The position numbers and the translations under genes were made by a program. Of a stretch of DNA of 60,131 bases, positions 53,485-60,131 are shown one piece after another. This DNA is from Candidatus Altiarchaeales archaeon. Its GTDB lineage: Archaea > Altiarchaeota > Altiarchaeia > IMC4 > QMZM01. The notes below the pieces were generated by a model. It was given only the letters and a program-made list of their open reading frames with translations, had not been told where the DNA came from and searched no databases. Numbering within the stretch: position 1 is the first letter of the stretch; every line of letters starts with the position of its first letter. The stretch lies in the NCBI GenBank assembly GCA_023252215.1, contig JAHEXG010000003.1, positions 1 to 60,131 of the forward strand. Direction: 5' to 3'.

Positions 53485-53686
53485 TTTTGACTTTAAAATG
53501 CGTTACCAGTAGTTCTTCGCCTTTGATCTCCTCGGGTGCTCCGAATTCCTCCAGATACAGCTCAGCGGCTTCCTTCAGATTTTTTATAGCCTCTTCGACA
53601 GTGTATCCCTGACTGACAACGTCTATCTCAGGACATAATGCAACATACTGCTTATCCCCTTTTTTTATGACCGCCGTTAAATCCAT
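53453..53686 (-). CDS. hicB: HicB-like antitoxin (UPF0150)
   Basis: YVALCPEIDVVSQGYTVEEAIKNLKEAAELYLEE. The 3' end overlaps hicA by 32 nt. Confidence 0.75.
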   Translation of the reverse strand: MDLTAVIKKGDKQYVALCPEIDVVSQGYTVEEAIKNLKEAAELYLEEFGAPEEIKGEELLVTHFKVKNVKAPSPLGA

Positions 53687-53741
53687 TTTGATTGATTATT
53701 ATAGATATTTCTTGCTATTAATGGCCTTACCCCCTAAATTT

Positions 53742-54614
53742 TTATATCAGTTTCGCCACCGCCGACCCGATCGGCACTCCAATATCCTTTGCGACCGGTC
53801 CGCATTTTGCCTTCATCAGTAGCGCTACTTTTCCTTTGGTTTTTTCCGGGTATTCGCTAAGTGTTTCGTAGCAGCCCATGCCTTTGGCGATTATGAGGTC
53901 TGCTTCGTCCCATTTTTTGAGGAATTCCGGGGTGCAGCGCTCGAACCATATGCCTATGGAGTCGCTTCTGGGTATTATTTGCGCGATCTTGTCTATTCCT
54001 GTTTTTCTGATCTCTGCGATCGATGCGTCGTCTTGTACCGGCACGGTAAGCGGTGCTACGACCACGTTTGCGTATTTTTGGAGTTCTTTTATGAATAGTC
54101 TGTCGAATACGAGTTCTCCTGAGTTGTCTGTTGCGTATAGGATATTCTTTGCTTTTTTGGTTTTTTCGTAGATTTTGTCTGTGTCGTCTATGGCGAGCGG
54201 GGCTTTGACGACTTCCATCACTTCTTCTTTGAGCTTTTTTAGGTTTGGGTGGTGGTTTTCTGAGCCGAATTCGATGGTGTTTCCTGCGAGCGCCATTTTT
54301 AGCGCGGTTTTGAATCGCTCCTTTTCTCCGGGGATCTTTTTTACGTAGTCTTCCAGGAAGGGGTATATTTTTTCCGCTTCTTTTATGCTTTCGTCTTTGA
54401 GGTCTTTTAGCGGGTCTTTGTTTTTTATCATTTTTTCTGCGGCTTGGTTTCTCATGTGGGCCATCTGGGTTGTTGTGAGGCCTTCCGAGAAGTTTTCTGC
54501 GAATATCCGGCATATTTCCTTTATTACTTTGTATTTGGTTTTTTCGTCGGAGTCTTTGCAGAATAGCATTGTCCGTTTTATCATGCATGGTCCGCATTCG
54601 GGGTAGAGCTTCAT
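53742..54614 (-). CDS. DUF89 / ARMT1-like damage-control phosphatase
   Basis: N-terminal CGPCMIKR, overall size, and the C-terminal GMGCYETL-like motif. Confidence 0.65.
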   Translation of the reverse strand: MKLYPECGPCMIKRTMLFCKDSDEKTKYKVIKEICRIFAENFSEGLTTTQMAHMRNQAAEKMIKNKDPLKDLKDESIKEAEKIYPFLEDYVKKIPGEKERFKTALKMALAGNTIEFGSENHHPNLKKLKEEVMEVVKAPLAIDDTDKIYEKTKKAKNILYATDNSGELVFDRLFIKELQKYANVVVAPLTVPVQDDASIAEIRKTGIDKIAQIIPRSDSIGIWFERCTPEFLKKWDEADLIIAKGMGCYETLSEYPEKTKGKVALLMKAKCGPVAKDIGVPIGSAVAKLI

Positions 54615-54705
54615 TTTCCTGATATTTATAGACTTTTTACGATATCTTTATTCTGTATTATAATTTGTAAATTATTGTATATACCTGTTACATTACGGAT
54701 AAAAG

Positions 54706-55005
54706 ATGAAAGTTTCAATTATTGAGAAAAAAGACAGTCTTCTGGATATCGAATTCGACGATAAGGTCCTCCCAAACGCCCTGTTAAGCGTTCTGATGGC
54801 AAACAAAGTGGACGCATACGCATACGAGCCGCATCCGCTGCTTCCGGGCTACAGGCTGCACATAGAGGCCAAAGACCCCCTGAAAGAGCTGAATACGGCC
54901 ATTAAGACCGTGGAAGCCGACTGGAAGGCCTTTGAGAAGGAGTTTAAGGCCAAGTATAAGCCTGCAAAGAAGGAAGCAAAGAAGACGCCCGCAAAGAAGA
55001 AATAA
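54706..55005 (+). CDS. rpoL: DNA-directed RNA polymerase subunit L (Rpo11) with a Lys-rich tail
   Basis: LLDIEFDD..LPNALLSVLMANKVDAYAYEPHPLLPGYRLHIE. Confidence 0.7.
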   Translation: MKVSIIEKKDSLLDIEFDDKVLPNALLSVLMANKVDAYAYEPHPLLPGYRLHIEAKDPLKELNTAIKTVEADWKAFEKEFKAKYKPAKKEAKKTPAKKK

Positions 55006-55155
55006 ATCTCTTTCTTCCACTCTTTTCTGTTATCGACTGCTTTTTTCCTGTTTTTTTTCAGCTGTCTGCGGCGCATAGCAGAAAGTATTTATATCACTTT
55101 ATAGTTATATCTTAGTGTATACTTTAGAACCGATGTTCTAGGCTACTAAACGGAA

Positions 55156-55482
55156 ATGGAAAAAGTGACGCATGAGATAATGGATCTGTTCCTGCACGGG
55201 AAGCCGTCCGGGATCATTCTGAGCCTGCGGGACTCGGATGGGAAATATGCTTCCATACTCTCAAAGGAGGTCGACTGTACGTATACTCATACCCTGAAGA
55301 TATTGACTCAGTTGAAGGAGTACAATTTGGTTGAGTTTGAGAAGAACGGGAGGATAAAGCGGGTATGCCTGACGGCTGAAGGAGAGGACGTAGCCCATGA
55401 GCTTGGCGGCTTGGTGAGGAAATTGGAGCGGATAAACAAGGAGTTTCGGGGTGTTCCGGTCGATATTGAGGAAAAAACATAA
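55156..55482 (+). CDS. Winged-helix transcriptional regulator
   Basis: YASILSKEVDCTYTHTLKILTQLKEYNLVEFEKNGRIK. Confidence 0.55.
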   Translation: MEKVTHEIMDLFLHGKPSGIILSLRDSDGKYASILSKEVDCTYTHTLKILTQLKEYNLVEFEKNGRIKRVCLTAEGEDVAHELGGLVRKLERINKEFRGVPVDIEEKT

Positions 55483-55485
55483 TAT

Positions 55486-56013
55486 ATGTGCTCAAAAATG
55501 GATATCAGCGACATATTCAAATTGACGGGTAACAACGATATATTGTTGTTCTTTATACTGATAGTTATCCTTGTGCTTGTGGTATTGTCCATAAGCCAGA
55601 GAAACCGCTACGTGCGCCTCTCGACCGGCTTGGACAAGGATATGGATAAGGTGAAAGAGCAGGAAGCGGCTATTAAGAAGCTGGAGAACGACCTGCGCGA
55701 GTATGTGATGGGCGGCAAAAGCCTGCGCGAATGGAAGGTTGTAAAGCAGCAGGTGGAGGAATTGTCCGAGCTTCCCAGCTTTGTCGAGACCAAGAATGAA
55801 TACATATTGAAGATACACCTGTCCATGGCCAAGAAGGACGATATCCGGGTCTCAGGCTCAAATAATGCGATAAAGATTTCCATAGACTCAAAAGAAGGCC
55901 CGCCCCTGCAGTCGACTTATACGACCCCCAAGAATATCGACCCCAACGGGATGCGTGTAACCTACCGCGGCAATTCGCTTGAGGTGACGGCGCCCAAGGT
56001 TGCGGAAACTTGA
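55486..56013 (+). CDS. Membrane-anchored Hsp20/alpha-crystallin-domain protein
   Basis: N-terminal TM segment. ETKNEYILKIHLSMAKKDDIRVSGSNNAIKISI...VTYRGNSLEVTAPK. Confidence 0.55.
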   Translation: MCSKMDISDIFKLTGNNDILLFFILIVILVLVVLSISQRNRYVRLSTGLDKDMDKVKEQEAAIKKLENDLREYVMGGKSLREWKVVKQQVEELSELPSFVETKNEYILKIHLSMAKKDDIRVSGSNNAIKISIDSKEGPPLQSTYTTPKNIDPNGMRVTYRGNSLEVTAPKVAET

Positions 56014-56042
56014 ATCTGGTAAAAAAAAACAGCGTGTGAAAT

Positions 56043-56558
56043 ATGGCTAGCCTTACAGACCTCGGAGTCGGAGACCTAAGAGAGATACTATGGTCTTTGA
56101 TAATGCTTGGGACACTATTCTATATGATAGTGTTTATCAGCGTCATGCACCTGCACTCACAAATGGAGAGAAAAGCCAAGATTGTCCCTGCGAGGCTGAA
56201 AGCAATGTCCCTTAGTCTCAAGACCATCAGCGTAGGACTGCTCAAAGACAACTCCGACATCAGCGGCAGGGAAAAAGACCAAGTCGTGGAAGAAGTAAAA
56301 AAGATCTCCAACCTGTGGAAGACGCGCCGGGAACAGCTACAGATGGGCTACTGGGAAAAGATGGAAGCCCGCGCAGGCGAACTAACACAATTACAGGAAC
56401 AGAAGGAACACCTGGAAGAACTCATAAAGAGGACCAAGGTCAAATACCATAAGAGAGAACTGGACGAAGAAAGCTTCAGAGAAATAGTAAAAGACTACCA
56501 GAAACAGCTTATGGAAATAAACGTGAAAATCTGGGAACTAGAAAAAAGCCTAGGCTGA
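56043..56558 (+). CDS. Hypothetical TM + coiled-coil protein
   Basis: One TM segment followed by heptad-rich sequence. Confidence 0.4.
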   Translation: MASLTDLGVGDLREILWSLIMLGTLFYMIVFISVMHLHSQMERKAKIVPARLKAMSLSLKTISVGLLKDNSDISGREKDQVVEEVKKISNLWKTRREQLQMGYWEKMEARAGELTQLQEQKEHLEELIKRTKVKYHKRELDEESFREIVKDYQKQLMEINVKIWELEKSLG

Positions 56559-57083
56559 TCACTTATCCTCGGGGATCATGAGGCTTTTCTCCGCCGCTTT
56601 CTTTCTTTTGTGTCTTGCGGTCATTACCTGGGACTTCCAGGCGAGACCGATCTTTGTAAGATAATTCGCGAACGTAAGCGAATCCGAGAGGATAAGCGAG
56701 CGGCCCCGTCCAAGGCTTCCATCCTCTATCTCCCGCTCCCTTTTTACGAGGCCGAATCTTACCAGTTTAGGTATTATCTTGTTCTCCAGAGTCGAACGGG
56801 AATAATTCTTTTCCCCGAGGAACTTCCCTATCTCCTCCTTTGTCACAGTCTCATTCTCCAGTACAAGCATCAGAAAATCCACAGCCACCCGATAATACCT
56901 GGGCTGATAAGACCTGGGAAAAATATGATCCACCACGTCCTCTGCGCTCCAGATTATATCCTCCTCCAAGCCACCCTTCCCCTTCACCTCTTTACCATAG
57001 TGCCTCGGAAGCCATAGGCTTTCGTCCGAGGGAATGCCCCTTGACGAAGGCGGTGCCGGGTTTGGGTTGCCTTTGCTGCTCAT
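56559..57083 (-). CDS. Hypothetical wHTH-like protein, translationally coupled to argD (ATGA overlap)
   Basis: 174-aa ORF. IPKLVRFGLVKRE resembles a recognition helix/wing. Confidence 0.4.
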   Translation of the reverse strand: MSSKGNPNPAPPSSRGIPSDESLWLPRHYGKEVKGKGGLEEDIIWSAEDVVDHIFPRSYQPRYYRVAVDFLMLVLENETVTKEEIGKFLGEKNYSRSTLENKIIPKLVRFGLVKREREIEDGSLGRGRSLILSDSLTFANYLTKIGLAWKSQVMTARHKRKKAAEKSLMIPEDK

Positions 57084-58219
57084 TTTCTTATCTTCAACGA
57101 ATCGAATGACGCCAGGAATTCATCCGCATGCTTTTTCTCGATTATCAGCGGCGGAAGAACCCTTACAGTGTTCTTGGAATATATGACCAACACTCCCTTC
57201 TTTATCAGGGAAAGAGCGGTCTCCTCTCCGTTCTCAACGTCGATCCCTATCATAAGGCCTCTGCCTCTCACGTTGTAGCCTCTGTCTCTGAGGTTTTTCA
57301 TGAGGTATGCGCCCATCTTTTCCGCATTGTCTGCAAGCTTTTCCTTTATGATGGTCTCTACGACCGTGTTTGCCACGCTGCATGCCAGCGGGTTCCCGAC
57401 GAAGGTTCCTCCGTGCTGTCCCGGTTCGAAGTCCTCGCATGAGAAAGCTATGGCGCCTATCGGGAATCCTCCTCCCAGTCCCTTGGCCAGGCACAACATA
57501 TCCGGCTTGATATCCTCATGCTGGAACGCGAACATCTTCCCGGTTCTTGCAAAGCCGGTCTGCACCTCGTCGAGTATGAGCAGGACGCCTTTTTCTTCCG
57601 TTATCTCTCTTACCTCCTTCAGGTATCCTACGGGCGGGATAATGACTCCAGCCTCTCCCTGGATCGGCTCTACTATGACTGCTGCCGTGTCGCTCGTTAT
57701 CGCATCGCGCAGCGCATCCGCGTCTGCGTAGGGAATGGACTTTGTGCCCGGGATCAGTGGTTCGAATGGTTTTTTGTATTTTTCTCCGTAGGTGAGTGAG
57801 AGCGAGCCCATGGTTCGTCCGTGGAATGCGTTCTCCATTGCGATGACTTCTTTTTTTCCTGTTGCTTTTCTGGCTAGTTTGAATGCCGCTTCCACTGCCT
57901 CTGTTCCGTCGTTTGTGATGAATGCTTTGTTCATTCCCGAAATTTCGGTCAACGTCTGTGCGAGCTGTATCTGCGGCATCGTGTATAACCAGTTGGACGT
58001 ATGCATCAGGGTCGCAGCCTGCTTCTTTATGGTCTCAACCATTTTTGGATGAGCATGGCCCAGGCAGTCTACGGCGATTCCTGCGAACATGTCCAGGTAT
58101 TTTTCGCCTGATATGCCGTAGAGATACATTCCCTCTCCCCTGGCTATCGCTACCGGGAGCCTCTTGAATGTGCGGGCATAGTACTTTGTTTCCCTGTTTT
58201 TTATGGTTTCCAGGTCCAT
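57080..58219 (-). CDS. argD: Acetylornithine / LysW-lysine aminotransferase (class III)
   Basis: Start set at MDLETIKN (ATG 58219). GHAHPK...FHGRT...DEVQTGFARTGK. Confidence 0.85.
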   Translation of the reverse strand: MDLETIKNRETKYYARTFKRLPVAIARGEGMYLYGISGEKYLDMFAGIAVDCLGHAHPKMVETIKKQAATLMHTSNWLYTMPQIQLAQTLTEISGMNKAFITNDGTEAVEAAFKLARKATGKKEVIAMENAFHGRTMGSLSLTYGEKYKKPFEPLIPGTKSIPYADADALRDAITSDTAAVIVEPIQGEAGVIIPPVGYLKEVREITEEKGVLLILDEVQTGFARTGKMFAFQHEDIKPDMLCLAKGLGGGFPIGAIAFSCEDFEPGQHGGTFVGNPLACSVANTVVETIIKEKLADNAEKMGAYLMKNLRDRGYNVRGRGLMIGIDVENGEETALSLIKKGVLVIYSKNTVRVLPPLIIEKKHADEFLASFDSLKIRK

Positions 58220-58301
58220 TGCGGTATCTCTCTCACATAATTCTGATTTTTTTAGGTAGTCTACAAATAATTTAGATAATACGAATTTAAGACACGTAAA
58301 A

Positions 58302-59705
58302 ATGATAGTCATGAAGTTCGGCGGGACGTCCGTAGGCAGCGCAAGAGAGATACTGAGAGTAGCAGAGCTTGTCGGAAAAGAGAAACGCAAGAAGGTCGTC
58401 GTGGTCTCTGCGATGTCCGGGGTAACGGACAAGCTTGACAAGGCTGCAAAGAAGGTCGTAAACCTCCCGGCCGAGGTCGTGGAAAAAGAGGTTGACGCCT
58501 TCCATAAAGAGATACTGCACCAGCACGTCTCGGCCATAAAAGAGGCGATAACCGATAAAGGCATAGCCGAAGAAGTCATAGCAGGCGTTACCCTGCTTAC
58601 GCACAGCCTGAAGTTCGCGCTCATCGGCATAGGCTACCTGGAAGACCTATCGCCCAAGTCTCTTGACTACATACACTCCTTCGGAGAACGCATGTCTGTT
58701 CTCATAGTCGCAGGAGCCCTGCGTTCCAAGGGCATGGACGCAAAGCCTCTCACAGGATACGAAGCAGGCATCGTTACGAATTCCTGCTTCGGATGCGCAA
58801 GACCCCTATTCAAGAGACTGGACAATACTGTAAAGACAAGCCTGAATCCCCTCCTGGACAAGGGAATAGTCCCGGTAGTCACAGGATACATAGCCGCAGA
58901 CGAAGACGGGAGGATAACCACTCTCGGGAGAGGGGGCTCAGACTACAGCGCATCGCTCATCGGCCGATACCTGGGAGTAAAAGAAGTGCAGATATGGACA
59001 GACGTAGACGGGATACTCACAACCGATCCCCGGACCGTTCCAAGCGCCAGACTGATAGACGTCATATCCTATATGGAAGCAATGGACCTAGCATATTTCG
59101 GCGCCAAAGTAATACACTCTAAGATGATAGAGCCTGCGATGGATGCGGACATTCCCGTGAGGATACTAAACACGTTCAACCCCGGCTGCAAGGGAACCCT
59201 TGTGGTAAAAGAACAGAAACAGATAGAAGGCATCGTTAAAGCCTTGTCCATAGCCAAGAACGTTTCCATCATAAACATGAAAGGAGTGGGCCTGGCCGAA
59301 ACCCCGAACATAGCGGCCACGGTTTTTAACCTGCTGGGCGACGCGAACATAAACATCATAATGATCTCTGCTGCCTCCGAAGCGAACCTGTCCTTTGTAG
59401 TCAAAAAAACCGACGTGCAGAACGCTTTGAACGTCCTCAACAGCGAATTACTGGAAGGATGCATCAGGAGCATGGAAGTAATAGACGACGCCTGCATAAT
59501 AGCTGTCGTAGGAGCCGGGATGCGGGGGACAAAGGGGATAGCCGCCAAGATATTCCAGACTGCGGCAGACGAGGGAGTTAACCTGATAATGATAGCCCAG
59601 GGCTCGTCCGAAGTCAACATCTCCTTCATGGTCAAGGAAAACGTAGGAGACAAGATAATAAAAGCCCTGCACAAGAGATTCATCGAAAACAACAACCTTA
59701 AGTAA
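58302..59705 (+). CDS. lysC: Aspartate kinase (two C-terminal ACT domains)
   Basis: MKFGGTSVGS...VVSAMSGVTD...LGRGGSDYSA. Confidence 0.9.
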   Translation: MIVMKFGGTSVGSAREILRVAELVGKEKRKKVVVVSAMSGVTDKLDKAAKKVVNLPAEVVEKEVDAFHKEILHQHVSAIKEAITDKGIAEEVIAGVTLLTHSLKFALIGIGYLEDLSPKSLDYIHSFGERMSVLIVAGALRSKGMDAKPLTGYEAGIVTNSCFGCARPLFKRLDNTVKTSLNPLLDKGIVPVVTGYIAADEDGRITTLGRGGSDYSASLIGRYLGVKEVQIWTDVDGILTTDPRTVPSARLIDVISYMEAMDLAYFGAKVIHSKMIEPAMDADIPVRILNTFNPGCKGTLVVKEQKQIEGIVKALSIAKNVSIINMKGVGLAETPNIAATVFNLLGDANINIIMISAASEANLSFVVKKTDVQNALNVLNSELLEGCIRSMEVIDDACIIAVVGAGMRGTKGIAAKIFQTAADEGVNLIMIAQGSSEVNISFMVKENVGDKIIKALHKRFIENNNLK

Positions 59706-60131
59706 TGAAAGAAGACGACGTAAAGAAAGCCGTAACAATATTGGAGAACGCAGGCTTCCAGGTATCGGACTGCTCCCAGGTCCGAAGCTGCTTTGACCTC
59801 CTGGCAAGAAGAGACGACACGCTCCTACTAATAAAAGTCCTGGGCAACATCGAAGGAGTAACCTACCGCCTGGCAGCCGAGCTCCGGAACGCTGCACGCT
59901 CAATGTACGGAACGCCTCTAATCATAGGCGACCACATGAAGACATCCGCCCTCTCGCCCGGGATAATATATACAAGATACGACGTACACGTCGTCAACAT
60001 GGAATCCTTCAGCGAAATACTGGGCCAGAAAATACCAATCATCTACTCTGTCAGAGGAAACTACTGCGTACGCATAAACTGCGAACTGCTCTCAAAAATA
60101 AGGAAAAAAGAAAACCTCACCCAGGAAGGGC
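59705..60131 (+). CDS. Archaeal putative transcriptional regulator (COG1395 type), N-terminal part only
   Basis: ATG overlaps the lysC stop (TAATG). MKEDDVKKAVTILENAGFQVSDCSQVRSCFDLLARR... The ORF runs off the window. Confidence 0.55.
   Translation, partial: MKEDDVKKAVTILENAGFQVSDCSQVRSCFDLLARRDDTLLLIKVLGNIEGVTYRLAAELRNAARSMYGTPLIIGDHMKTSALSPGIIYTRYDVHVVNMESFSEILGQKIPIIYSVRGNYCVRINCELLSKIRKKENLTQEG

Noticed and set aside
58220-58630. 137-codon N-terminal extension of the argD ORF (track ORF 57080-58630).
   Set aside because: The extension overlaps the divergent lysC gene, has no aminotransferase similarity and is low-complexity (S/T/F-rich). MDLETIKN at 58219 matches the usual family N-terminus.
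1-60131. CRISPR arrays, rRNA genes, inteins in MCM/RadA, and transposase or integrase genes.
   Set aside because: No regularly spaced direct repeats and no rRNA-like sequence were seen. MCM (691 aa) and RadA (318 aa) are of normal length, and no ORF has recombinase motifs.

Overview
This is an archaeal chromosomal window, judged by gene content. It carries information-processing genes (MCM, RadA, FEN1, Cbf5, NMD3, Csl4, RpoL, MBF1, r-proteins L15e/L14e/L40e/S17e). It also carries core metabolism: thiM-thiE, the HMG-CoA synthase/thiolase/DUF35 mevalonate trio, SAM synthetase, SAH hydrolase, PurB, an N-terminal CarB half, AMP phosphorylase plus an e2b2/R15P-isomerase-like gene, and lysC-argD-dapL-leuA/cimA. 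Nine tRNA genes are present. tRNA-Trp has a box C/D guide intron, and an initiator-like tRNA looks doubly interrupted. Accessory content includes two MNT/HEPN pairs (one HEPN carries an in-frame amber codon), HicAB, an orphan TacT-like GNAT, a solo Cas4-like nuclease, a free-standing LAGLIDADG endonuclease ORF that reads into a tRNA, and two Schlafen/AlbA_2 proteins, one of them in a low-GC island. There is also a set of secreted proteins with poly-Thr linkers: a modular Cys-rich protein, a defensin-like small protein, a beta-helix adhesin with 348-bp tandem repeats, and a pilin-DUF2341 gene broken in its Thr tract. The most unusual signal is non-coding. Families of short conserved hairpin modules show compensatory stem changes. 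They form small inserts at gene or tRNA termini, flanked by exact or decaying duplications (19-30 nt) of the terminus they interrupt (tRNA-Trp, thiolase 5' end, DUF35 3' end, both ends of tRNA-Pro). No recombinase is visible in the window. All pairings, alignments and coordinates were worked out by eye and no database search was possible.
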